DNA of 64,000 nucleotides, taken from positions 224,001-288,000 of the forward strand of contig CAVXEP010000013.1 of NCBI GenBank assembly GCA_963760795.1, written 5' to 3'. The notes under the pieces were generated by a model. That model worked only from the letters and a program-made list of their open reading frames with translations. It did not search any database and was not told the origin of the DNA. Positions 1 to 9,212 of the stretch are shown here, in pieces. This DNA comes from an uncultured delta proteobacterium. Lineage in GTDB: Bacteria; Desulfobacterota; Binatia; UBA9968. Positions within the stretch are counted from its first letter, which is position 1. Each line of letters starts with the position of its first letter. The position numbers were made by a program, and so were the translations under genes.

Positions 1-7
1 TAATGCC

Positions 8-988
8 GTGCTTGGCTGTGCCAATCACGCCGTCGCTCAAAGCGACTTTTACGGCGGCAAAACCATTCGCTTCGTCGTCGGCTTTACCGCCGGCGGCGGC
101 TACGACGCTTATACCCGCGCCATCGCCCGCCATATGGGCAAACATATTCCCGGCAACCCGACCATGGTCGTCGACAACATGCCGGGCGCCGGCAGCATGA
201 TCTCGGCGAACTATACGTTCAAAGTCGCCAAGCCCGACGGTCTCACCATCGGCCACTTTATCGGCGGATTGTTCCTGCAACAGCTGCTCGGCAAACCGGG
301 CATCGAATTCGATTCGGCGAAATTCGAGTACGTGGGCGTGCCGGCGCAGGACAATTTCATTTTCGGCGTGCATAAATCCACCGGCATCACCGACGTGAAC
401 AGCTGGCTCGCCAGCAAGCAAGTGGTAAAATTCGGCGGTGTCGCCAACGGCTCCGGCAGTGACGATATCCCGAATATTCTCAAAGCGACATTGGGTCTGC
501 CGATTCAATTGGTCTCCGGCTATAAAGGCACCGCCGATGTTCGCTTGGCGTTTAACAGCGGCGAGGTGCAGGGTATCAGCAACTCCTGGGAGTCGACGAA
601 ATCCACCTGGCGCAAGGAAATCGACAGCGGCGACATGAGAGTAATTCTCCAGGCTACGCTCAAACCCCACCCAGACTTTGCCAAACTTCCAGTCGCATAC
701 GAAATGGCCAAGGGCGACGAAGCCAAACGGCTGATCGCCACGGTACTGCGCGTCCACGGCCCGACGGTGCGCCCCTATACGCTGCCGCCGCGCACACCCA
801 AGGAGCGCGTGCAGATCCTCCGCAAAGCGCTCATGGACACGATGAAAGATCCTGACTTTCTTGCCGAAGCCAAGAAGGCCAACCTCGACATCAATCCCGA
901 AGACGGCGCGACGCTGGAGAGCAACGTCAAAGAAATCTTGAAACTCGAACCGGCGCTGATCGCCAAGCTGAAGGAGATTTTGAAATAA
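8..988 (+). CDS. Bug/TctC-family tripartite tricarboxylate transporter substrate-binding protein (5' partial)
   Basis: Motifs FYGGKTIRFVVG, GGGYDAYTR, VDNMPGAGS, GYKGTADVRLA..GEV, PPRTPKERV..LRKA. The frame is open back to the window edge. Confidence 0.9.
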   Translation: MLGCANHAVAQSDFYGGKTIRFVVGFTAGGGYDAYTRAIARHMGKHIPGNPTMVVDNMPGAGSMISANYTFKVAKPDGLTIGHFIGGLFLQQLLGKPGIEFDSAKFEYVGVPAQDNFIFGVHKSTGITDVNSWLASKQVVKFGGVANGSGSDDIPNILKATLGLPIQLVSGYKGTADVRLAFNSGEVQGISNSWESTKSTWRKEIDSGDMRVILQATLKPHPDFAKLPVAYEMAKGDEAKRLIATVLRVHGPTVRPYTLPPRTPKERVQILRKALMDTMKDPDFLAEAKKANLDINPEDGATLESNVKEILKLEPALIAKLKEILK

Positions 989-993
989 TCCTA

Positions 994-1187
994 GCAGGCT
1001 GGTGAAAAAGACCCATAAGCCGATTGTCCTGAGCATCGTCGAAGGGTGCGCTCAATCGCCTCGCGTCATCGTACTGCCGATGTACGCCTCCAGCCTGTCC
1101 TGAGCCGAGTCGAAGGATCGATTTTTCGCGCGCCTTGCCTCTGGATCTTTTTGAGCAGCCTGCGAGAGATTTTTTTCAGCTACCTGC
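994..1187. repeat. MITE/REP-like palindromic intergenic element
   Basis: GCAGGCTGGTGAAAAAG (994-1010) is an imperfect inverted repeat of CTTTTTGAGCAGCCTGC (1147-1163) and TTTTTTCAGCTACCTGC (1171-1187). It contains two GTCCTGAGC-N4-TCGAAGG units (~1026, ~1097). Confidence 0.6.
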
Positions 1188-1271
1188 AAGGGGGAAATTC
1201 GCTTGCCGGCACGAAACAACGTGGGTAAGACTAGAGCGGCATACCCTACCGAACCGTAATCAGGAGGGCGC

Positions 1272-2297
1272 ATGAAACGACCAATCGTCGCTGGATTTGT
1301 CGCCGTGGCGGTTTTCCTAACCTATCACGCCGCACAAGTTGCCGCGCAAAGCAACTTTTTCGAGGGCAAGTCGATTCGCATCATTGTCGGTCTCGCCGCC
1401 GGTGGCGGCTATGATGTCTATGCCCGCGTGATCGCCCGCCACATCGGCAAACATATTCCCGGCCAGCCGTCGATCAGCGTGGACAATATGACCGGCGCGG
1501 GGAGCTTGCTGGCTGCCAATCACCTCTACAACGTCGCCAAGCCGGACGGACTGACGATGGGCCACTTCATCGGCGGCTTGTTCCTGCACCAGTTGCTCGG
1601 CAAACCGGGCATCGCGTTCAACGCACCCAATTTCGAATTTGTCGGCACGCCGATGCAGGATAACTTTGTTCTTGGCATCGCAAAAACCACCGGCATCACC
1701 GATGTCGAAAAGTGGATAAGTTCCAAGCAAGTAGTGAAATTCGGCGGCATCGCCAGCGGCACCGGCAGCGACGACGTGCCGAATATTCTTAAGGCGACGA
1801 TCGGATTGCCGCTGCAACTGGTCACCGGCTACAAAGGCACTTCGGAAATCCGCCTGGCGTTTAACAGCGGCGAAGTTTCCGGAGTCAGTATCTCCTGGGA
1901 GTCGGCCAAATCGACTTGGCGCAAGGAAGTGGAGAGCGGCGAGATGATCATTGCGCTTCAGGGCAACACCAAGTCGCACCCGGAGCTGACCAAAGTGCCG
2001 GTGTCGATCAACCTGGCGAAAACCGACGAAGCGAAGAAACTCATGCAGATCGTGCTGCAAGCCCATGGGCCGACTGTGCGGCCCTTCGTTGTGCCGCCGC
2101 GCACGCCCAAAGACCGCGTCGCGATGCTGCGCAAAGCCTTCATGGACACGATGAAAGATCCCGAGTTTTTGGCCGAGACTAAAAAGGCGAATCTGGATAT
2201 CAATCCCACCGACGGCGCGACCCTCGAACAAAACGTTTTAGAGATCATGAAGCTCGAACCAGCGCTGGTCGGCAAGTTGAAAGATATTTTGAAGTAG
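1272..2297 (+). CDS. Bug/TctC-family substrate-binding protein
   Basis: Signal peptide, GGGYDVYAR, DNMTGAGS, GYKGTSEIRLA; RBS AGGAGG upstream; close paralog of 8-988. Confidence 0.92.
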   Translation: MKRPIVAGFVAVAVFLTYHAAQVAAQSNFFEGKSIRIIVGLAAGGGYDVYARVIARHIGKHIPGQPSISVDNMTGAGSLLAANHLYNVAKPDGLTMGHFIGGLFLHQLLGKPGIAFNAPNFEFVGTPMQDNFVLGIAKTTGITDVEKWISSKQVVKFGGIASGTGSDDVPNILKATIGLPLQLVTGYKGTSEIRLAFNSGEVSGVSISWESAKSTWRKEVESGEMIIALQGNTKSHPELTKVPVSINLAKTDEAKKLMQIVLQAHGPTVRPFVVPPRTPKDRVAMLRKAFMDTMKDPEFLAETKKANLDINPTDGATLEQNVLEIMKLEPALVGKLKDILK

Positions 2298-2320
2298 CGA
2301 CGAGCGGAGGCAGGAGGGCA

Positions 2321-2404
2321 GGCGCCGAGCTCGAACAAAACATCAAAGAAATTTTCAAGCTTGAGCCGTCACAGATCGCCAAGCTCAAAGAAATCCTCAA
2401 GTGA
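2321..2404 (+). pseudogene. 3'-terminal remnant of a third TctC paralog
   Basis: Reads GAELEQNIKEIFKLEPSQIAKLKEILK*, matching the C-termini of the two upstream paralogs. Confidence 0.8.
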
Positions 2405-2612
2405 CAGTCCCGCGTTCGCCGTCGTTGCGCCACTCCATCTTCCGCCCGTGCAATAATTCCGCTGTCAAAGTCGCCCCGATTCATCGCCCGCTCGATTTCT
2501 TATACCAAGGTCGATAGGCTGAACCTCGCCGCTATTTTTTCAGGCGCGGCATGTAGAGGAAGGAATTCGCGCCCAGAGATTCCGAGGATTTTACGATCTT
2601 GGCAACACACCC

Positions 2613-3875
2613 ATGACCACCGACTCCGCGCCTGAACCCGCCGGCAAACTCGCCGCCCTCGGCTACCGCGACTTCCGCCTGTTCTGGTCGGGCCAGTTGA
2701 TCTCCAATATCGGCACCTGGATGCAGATGACGGCGACCAGCTGGCTGCTCTACCAGCTCACCGGCTCGGCGGTGCTGCTCGGCTTAAATGGCATCTTTCG
2801 CGCGATCCCGGCGCTGACTCTCGGATTGATCAGCGGCACCTTCGCCGACCGCTACGATCGGCGCTGGATGCTCCTGTGGACTCAGGTAATTCTCGGTTCG
2901 CTTTCCCTCGCTGTCGGCTTCTTGGATGATTTCGGTCACATCCAGCCCTGGCATATTTATACCTTCACTTTCTTGAGCGCGGCGGTGGGCGCCTTCGACG
3001 GACCGGCGCGCCAGGCGATGTTTCCCGCTCTGGTACCGCGCTCGGCCTTGCCTAATGCCGTGGCGCTCAACTCGCTCCTGTGGAAAGGTTCCGCCCTGAT
3101 CGGTCCTTCTCTCGGCGGTGTCGCCATCAGTCTGATGGGCACCGCCGGCGCGTTCTACGCCAACGCCATGAGCTTTCTAGTCGTCGTCGTCACGCTCATG
3201 ATGCTACGCGTCACGGCGAAAGCGGCAGCCAAGCGCCAGCGCCATTTCATGACCGAGACTCAGGAAGGATTTAGATACATTATCGCCCGGCCGATCATCC
3301 TCGGCATCACGGTCATGGAAGCGGTGGCGTCGGTGTTCGGCTTGGACCACACCATGCTGACGATCTACGCCAGCGACGTGCTGCGCGTCGGCGCCCATGG
3401 CTTCGGTCTGTTGCAATCGGCGCGCGGCCTCGGCGCGGTGGTCGGCTCCGGGCTGTTTCTCGCCATCGGCCAAAAACCTTATCAGGGTAAAATCCTCATC
3501 GTCACGGCGATCCTGTACGGCATATTCTTTGGGCTGTTCGGCATGGCGCCGACCTTCGCAATCGCTCTGGGACTGATGACTTTGATCGGCCTCACCGACA
3601 CCGTCTGGGGCGCGGCGCGCGGCACGATCATGCAGATGATCACGCCGGATCAATTTCGCGGCCGGGTGATGGGCGTTTTTCAATTGAGCAACCGCGGCCT
3701 GCACCCATTGGGTCAAGTCGAATCAGGCCTGTTGATTCCCCTCATCGGCGTGCGCGAGACCACCCTGTTCGGCGGTATTTTAGTCACCGTGGTGACGCTC
3801 TTAACCGTCTGGAAAGTGCCGGCGATAGCGAAGTTCCGGTGGGATGATGCAAAATACAAATCCCCAGCAGAATAA
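2613..3875 (+). CDS. MFS transporter (EntS/MFS_3-like)
   Basis: About 12 hydrophobic segments; RDFRLFWSGQLIS, GTFADRYDRR, FRGRVMG motifs. Confidence 0.92.
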   Translation: MTTDSAPEPAGKLAALGYRDFRLFWSGQLISNIGTWMQMTATSWLLYQLTGSAVLLGLNGIFRAIPALTLGLISGTFADRYDRRWMLLWTQVILGSLSLAVGFLDDFGHIQPWHIYTFTFLSAAVGAFDGPARQAMFPALVPRSALPNAVALNSLLWKGSALIGPSLGGVAISLMGTAGAFYANAMSFLVVVVTLMMLRVTAKAAAKRQRHFMTETQEGFRYIIARPIILGITVMEAVASVFGLDHTMLTIYASDVLRVGAHGFGLLQSARGLGAVVGSGLFLAIGQKPYQGKILIVTAILYGIFFGLFGMAPTFAIALGLMTLIGLTDTVWGAARGTIMQMITPDQFRGRVMGVFQLSNRGLHPLGQVESGLLIPLIGVRETTLFGGILVTVVTLLTVWKVPAIAKFRWDDAKYKSPAE

Positions 3876-3887
3876 TATAAACGGCCG

Positions 3888-3969
3888 GTTCCAATCGTTC
3901 CAATGGTTCCAGTAGTTCCAGGTGCTGCCGCACAGTTGGAACCCGTGGAACCACTGGAACCTTTGGAAC
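3888..3969. repeat. Palindromic array of 9-bp repeats (4 x GTTCCAnnn, then 4 inverted nnTGGAAC); possible bidirectional terminator
   Basis: GTTCCAATC GTTCCAATG GTTCCAGTA GTTCCAGG ... TTGGAAC CCGTGGAAC CACTGGAAC CTTTGGAAC, between two convergent genes. Confidence 0.8.
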
Positions 3970-3988
3970 GGCGCCGCCAGGCGCATAT

Positions 3989-5209
3989 TTACGCCAGCGG
4001 CTTGAAGCGATCGGCGTAGCGCCGCCGCATGCCGAGCGGCATCCCCGCCCGCCCGGTGAGAAATTTCTCAGGGCTCTCGGTGGCCAGATCGATACGGATA
4101 TTTTTCGCCGGATCGCGGAACGTGTTGAGCGGATCCTTGCCGGCGGCGACCAGCTTGAGCTGATTTTCCAAGAGATGGCGATAGAGCACGACACCGTGAT
4201 CGGATTCGCCGAGGAGTTCTTTAGTTCGATCGTAAACCGCACCTTGGGAAATAAAGATCGCGTTGTCCTGCGGGTCGACATCGTTGTTCAAGTATTGAAA
4301 CTGCGGCTGGCCATGCCGGTCGAGTTCCGGCGACGGCATATGATAGAGCGGCATCTGCTCGCCGGTTTGCCGCTCGCCCTCGCCAAAAGGATGGGTCGAG
4401 TAGTACCACTGCGCGGTGTGGGTCTCGTCCACCGGCACGCGGAAGCGCAGCATATCCGGCCCCTTTTGAATGGTCGGGAACACCAGCCAGTGGCCGATTT
4501 TCCAATCGTCCGATTCTTCGCTCTCGCCTTCCAAAATGCGCCGCTTGATGATGCCGTACTCGGCGAGATCGAAACCGATTTTTTGATGGCGCACCCGTCG
4601 GCGTTTGAATTCCTCATTGCCGGTGCGCTCCGCCGCGTAATTGCGAAACACGCCGTGCAGCCACTCGACATGCACCGGGTCCGCGATATTTTCGACGGTC
4701 TGCAGCCAGTTGCAGGCGGTCATCGTGTAACCGATTTCCCGCCAGTAGTTCTCTTCCACCAGTAAGTCCCAGCGCGGCACCAGCGGCGCCGGCTGCGGGC
4801 CAAGATAGGCGAAGATCAAACCGCCGACTTCCTCGGCGACATAGTTGGCCAGCTGAATCTTGTCTTTGAAACCGCCGGGCTTGATGGTCTCTTCAAACGG
4901 CTGTTCCAGACAGCGGCCGGCGGCGTTGAATTTCCAACCATGGTACGGACAGCGCAAACCATCTTCTTCAGCCATGCCGTAGACAAGGTTGGTGCGCCGG
5001 TGCGGGCAGTAGGCATCGATCAGTCCGAGTTTTCCTTGGCTGTCTTTGAACAGAACGAGTTCTTCGCCGAGAATTTTTACAAACTTGGTCGGATGGCGCG
5101 CCAACTCCGACACCGCCGCGATCGGGTACCAATAGCGCCGCAGCAATTCTCCCACCGGCGTGCCCGCTTTGATCTGTGTCAGCCGCTCGTTGTCTTCCTT
5201 ACTAATCAT
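3989..5209 (-). CDS. Rieske non-heme iron oxygenase large subunit (phthalate 4,5-dioxygenase/VanA-like)
   Basis: Rieske CPH...CPYH; mononuclear Fe motif ENIADPVHVEWLH and distal QD; N-terminal GTPVGELLRRYWYP. Confidence 0.92.
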   Translation of the reverse strand: MISKEDNERLTQIKAGTPVGELLRRYWYPIAAVSELARHPTKFVKILGEELVLFKDSQGKLGLIDAYCPHRRTNLVYGMAEEDGLRCPYHGWKFNAAGRCLEQPFEETIKPGGFKDKIQLANYVAEEVGGLIFAYLGPQPAPLVPRWDLLVEENYWREIGYTMTACNWLQTVENIADPVHVEWLHGVFRNYAAERTGNEEFKRRRVRHQKIGFDLAEYGIIKRRILEGESEESDDWKIGHWLVFPTIQKGPDMLRFRVPVDETHTAQWYYSTHPFGEGERQTGEQMPLYHMPSPELDRHGQPQFQYLNNDVDPQDNAIFISQGAVYDRTKELLGESDHGVVLYRHLLENQLKLVAAGKDPLNTFRDPAKNIRIDLATESPEKFLTGRAGMPLGMRRRYADRFKPLA

Positions 5210-5284
5210 CGCCCTCTCCCGTCTCTGTCTCGGTCGTTTCTATACCATCCTCAATCCTCGATTATCCATCCTCGACCGATCCGA

Positions 5285-6388
5285 CTACGGCTTGCGACCG
5301 CTCTTCGCCAACGCCTGATCGACAACCTTCTGCATCGGTTCGGCGTCCATCCATTCAGCCTTCCAGGTCACCATGTACTTGGCGCCCTCTTTGCGCCGCG
5401 CCATCGGCCGCACTTCGTTCTTGGCAATATCCAAGCGCAAAGAATCGTTGATGCCGCCGTCGCGCTGCACCGCCAGCTGTCCCTCGCGGGAGAGCAGCCA
5501 GTTGATAAAAACCTTGGACGCGTTGGGATGAGGCGCGCGGTCGGCCCAGGCAACGGTGAAGGCGCCGGGCTCGAGCATGCCGCCTTCTTTCCACGCGCCG
5601 GTGTCGGCGACGTTGATCGGCAACCCTTGGCCCTTGGCCTGCAAAATATCGTCGCCATTGCCGAACAGCAGGATCGAGAAACGTTTTTGCGCCACCCAAT
5701 TGATCGCCTGCGAGTAATCGCGCGAAACCATCACGATCTGTTCGCTAAACAAGCGGCGCAAGAATTCGCCGCCCAGCTGCGGATGGTAAAACACCGTGCG
5801 CGCGCCGCTGCGGCCGTAACCGGCGTAGCGCGGGTCTATGACGACGATCTTGGCGCGCCACTTTTCTTGGAGTAAATCCCAGAACGAGCCCAACTCCTGG
5901 GGTGTCACCAGCTCGCTGTTATAGGCCGCCATGTTGACCGACACGCTGCCCACCGGCACGAGAATATACTTACCCTCGGTGTCGACATACTGATGCTTGC
6001 CCGACCACCACTTCGACTCGTCTTTGACTTCCGGCAAAATAAACGCCGGCGCGATCGGCTGTAAAGCCTTGGCCTGATAGAGCGCGTAGGGGGAAGTATT
6101 GCCGATACGCACCACGTCGGCGATGAACCTGCCGCCGCGCCGTTCGGCCATGATGCGCGTCAGCAGTTCGTTGCCCCTCCCCTGGCTGACTCTGACTTTG
6201 ATGCGCGGAAATCTCTTTTCGAACTCGCTCAAAAAACCAATTTCGCCGACACTGTAGTAGTTAATCTCGCCTTCTTGCTCCGCCGCTTTGACGGTCCGCT
6301 CCCATTCGGCTGTCCAGGATTCGGCGGCATGAACGCGATGGTGAAAACCAATTAAAAAAACTATGAGTGCGTAACAAAGAGTCTGCAC
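5285..6388 (-). CDS. ABC extracellular solute-binding protein (FbpA/TbpA-like family)
   Basis: WERTVKAAEQEG, MAERRGG, APHPNASKVFINWLLSREGQ. Start uncertain: GTG 6388 chosen because the ORF extension to 6541 runs through a REP element. Confidence 0.88.
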   Translation of the reverse strand: MQTLCYALIVFLIGFHHRVHAAESWTAEWERTVKAAEQEGEINYYSVGEIGFLSEFEKRFPRIKVRVSQGRGNELLTRIMAERRGGRFIADVVRIGNTSPYALYQAKALQPIAPAFILPEVKDESKWWSGKHQYVDTEGKYILVPVGSVSVNMAAYNSELVTPQELGSFWDLLQEKWRAKIVVIDPRYAGYGRSGARTVFYHPQLGGEFLRRLFSEQIVMVSRDYSQAINWVAQKRFSILLFGNGDDILQAKGQGLPINVADTGAWKEGGMLEPGAFTVAWADRAPHPNASKVFINWLLSREGQLAVQRDGGINDSLRLDIAKNEVRPMARRKEGAKYMVTWKAEWMDAEPMQKVVDQALAKSGRKP

Positions 6389-6432
6389 GAGTTTGTCGAT
6401 GGACCTTTCGATACCTGGAAGTTTCTTCGTTA

Positions 6433-6574
6433 CCCCTCTTTGGAAAAGAGGGGCCAGGGGAGATTTTCCGCTTCCATGCGGCGCCACCGTCCCAAAGGAT
6501 TGCCGATCTGCTGCAAAGCACCATCCCCACGCCACAATCAAATCCCCCTTAATCCCCCTTTTCCAAAGGGAGAA
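6433..6574. repeat. REP-like inverted pair (CCCCTCTTTGGAAAAGAGGGG / AAATCCCCCTTAATCCCCCTTTTCCAAAGGG)
   Basis: Two hairpin-forming units in inverted orientation in the intergenic region. Confidence 0.65.
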
Positions 6575-6748
6575 TTGGTCATCGCCAGCTATTTACTTCA
6601 TCAGCTCCCGTGTCCAGCCAACAAGAGGTGTCGCATGATTAGTTTTCCAAAAGGGAAGCGACCATTCCTCGCCATTTGCTTCTTGGCTCGGGATTGCCGT
6701 TTTCACGGAAATGACGGTGTGAGACGCTAACGCCTTCATGCTGCTCAC

Positions 6749-7936
6749 TTACTTCTTGATGATCTCTTTGAACAGTTTGTTGACCGGCTCTTGATTGCTC
6801 CGCTCCGCCGTATCCATGACGATGTATTTAACCCCGGCGACGCGGCGCTGGGGGGCCGGCACGGCATCTTTTGGAATATCGATGCGCAGCGACTCCACCA
6901 GTAGATTATCCGAGTTCATGATCTTCTGAAACGATACTTGGCCTTCCCGCGACAACAGCCAATTGATGAACAGCTTGGCGGCGTTGGCATGGGGCGCCTG
7001 ATTCATCAGCGCGACGGAACCGTTGCTGCCCGAGGAGATCGCCGGGGTTTCCTTCCAACGAAACACGTCGAACTCCTCCACCGGCAAACCTTGACTACGC
7101 GCCGCTTCGATATTGCCGCAGAACAGGCAGAGGGCGAACTTGCCCACCGCCAGCCAATCCATCGCCTGGCGCTCATCGCGGCTCAGCGTCACGTCCATCT
7201 CGCTGAACAAACGGGTGAGAAACCTTTCGCCGAGTTCTGGAATATTGAACAGCAGCCGGCCGCCGACGCGCTGGCGGCCCGGCTGGCGCGGGTCGAGAGC
7301 GACGATCTTGCCGCGCCACTTGGTCTGAATCATGTCCCAGTAGGATTTGAATTCTTTGGGATCGACTTGTGGCTTGTGGTAAAAAACGTTGGGCAGGTCG
7401 GTGCTGCCGACGAAGACAAAAATATGGCCGCCTTCGCCATCCATGTACTGATGCTTGCCGTCCCACCATTTGCTGGCATCGACCACTTCGGGCAGCAGCA
7501 GCGCCGGCTTGATCGGCTCTAAAGCTTTGGCCGGATAAAGAACGCCCAATGGCGTCGTCGGTCCGCAGATGCAAATATCCCAAAGAAATTTTCCGGCGCG
7601 CCGCTCGGCCATCAGCCTCGGTCCGGTCTCGGCGGCCGGTGTGCTGGCGGTGATGACCTGGATCTCGGGATATTTTTTCTCGAAGGCTTTGACCGCCGCC
7701 TCGATATTCTCCCGCTGGTAAAGAAAGACGCTGACTTTGCCGTCTTTTTTTGCCGCCTCAACCGTCCGTGACCACTCAGCCTCTGCGCCGGAAATCGACG
7801 CGGCGAACAACGGCGCAGCACCAGCCATGGCCAAGAACCATAAAGCTGCTGCGACAGACGCACAGCGAACTTTCTTTGTATTTAATGAAGCCAAGAACAC
7901 GACGACTTGCCGCAAGAAGCTGATAACCGATGGCAT
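6749..7936 (-). CDS. ABC extracellular solute-binding protein (FbpA/TbpA-like family)
   Basis: MAERRAGKF, APHANAAKLFINWLLSREGQ, SLRIDIPKD; signal peptide. Confidence 0.9.
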   Translation of the reverse strand: MPSVISFLRQVVVFLASLNTKKVRCASVAAALWFLAMAGAAPLFAASISGAEAEWSRTVEAAKKDGKVSVFLYQRENIEAAVKAFEKKYPEIQVITASTPAAETGPRLMAERRAGKFLWDICICGPTTPLGVLYPAKALEPIKPALLLPEVVDASKWWDGKHQYMDGEGGHIFVFVGSTDLPNVFYHKPQVDPKEFKSYWDMIQTKWRGKIVALDPRQPGRQRVGGRLLFNIPELGERFLTRLFSEMDVTLSRDERQAMDWLAVGKFALCLFCGNIEAARSQGLPVEEFDVFRWKETPAISSGSNGSVALMNQAPHANAAKLFINWLLSREGQVSFQKIMNSDNLLVESLRIDIPKDAVPAPQRRVAGVKYIVMDTAERSNQEPVNKLFKEIIKK

Positions 7937-7987
7937 CGAACCGGATCTGGTTGAACTTTTGAACCCTTGAACTTTGAACTCCGCGAT

Positions 7988-9110
7988 CTACGAGTCGCTC
8001 GGCCACAGCGTCATGCCCTCGGGCTTGAGTTCGAGATAAACCCGGTCGCCCGACTTGAGATCGTACGACTCCGGCGAAACCAAGACCCGGGTATCCGCGC
8101 CCAGAGTGACGGTGTACTCGTAACGGTCGCCGAGGAACTGCACGGTTTGCAGCGTCGCCTCGACCATGTTGACGCGGCCATCCTGCCGGCTGCCGGTCAA
8201 ATTGACCTTCTCCGGACGGATCGCCACGGTCACGCCTTGGCCGATGGCCAACGATCCGTTCACCGAGCCAATCACTTTAGTGCGCGGTAAATTCAGCAAC
8301 GCCGAGCTGAAGCCCTGGACTTCGACACTGACCGATTGGTCCGTGGATGCGCTGATCTTGCCGGGTAGCAGGAACGTCTTGCCGAGGAAGTCGCGGACGA
8401 ACGGCGTCGCCGGGCGGAAATAGACTTCTTCCGGCGTGCCGACCTGTTCGAGCACGCCGAATTTCATGATCGCGATACGATCGGACAGGCTCAGCGCTTC
8501 GATCTGATCATGGGTGACGAAGATCACGGTGATATTTACGCGCTGTTGCAACGACTTTAACTCGCGGCGCATCTCTTCGCGCAGCTGGGCGTCGAGATTG
8601 CTCAGCGGCTCGTCGAGGAGCAACACTTTCGGGCGAGAAGACCAAGGCCCGCGCCAAGGCGACGCGCTGCTGTTGGCCGCCGCTGAGCGCCGGCGCCGGC
8701 CGTTCGCCCAAACCGGCGAGCCCAACCAATGCCAGCACGTCCTCGACTTTTTTACTTGCCTGGGCGCCTTTGATGCCGCGCAATTTCAGCGGATAGGCGA
8801 CGTTTTCGAAAACCGTCATATGCGGCCACAGGGCATAGGACTGAAACACCATGCCCATGTTGCGCTTTTCCGGTTTGATGAAAAGATTTTTATCCGGCGC
8901 CACCAGACACTGGTCGCCGAGATGAATCTCGCCGCCATCCGGTTTTTCCAGACCGCCGACCATGCGCAAGGTCGTCGTCTTGCCGCAACCGGAGGAGCCC
9001 AGCATAGTGAAAAACTCGCCCTCGGCGATGTCTAAATTAATCCGATTGACGGCGGCGACCTGGCCGAATGTCTTATAGAGATTTTGAATGCGTAAGAAAC
9101 TCACTGGCAC
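7988..9110 (-). CDS. ABC transporter ATP-binding protein (PotA/FbpC type with TOBE domain), one frameshift near 8630
   Basis: Walker A GSSGCGKTT, FQSYALWPH and LSGGQQQRVALARAL in ORF 8508-9110; LLLDEPLSNLD and VTHDQ in ORF 7988-8725. Confidence 0.9.
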
Positions 9111-9212
9111 TTTTCCTTAATCGTCCGCAACCGGCCATGACTCAAATTGTCGAGAATTGCCATCCTCGATCCCCAACGGCTTTCGCGACATTTACTAATT
9201 TAGGACTCGTTG

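Noticed and set aside
3888-3969. Possible CRISPR array (also other short-period repeats)
   Set aside because: Units are 7-9 bp with no unique 25-45 bp spacers, and there are no cas genes.
8620-8645. Programmed frameshift in the ABC ATPase
   Set aside because: No clear slippery heptamer; similar single-base indels occur throughout the window, so sequencing error is more likely.
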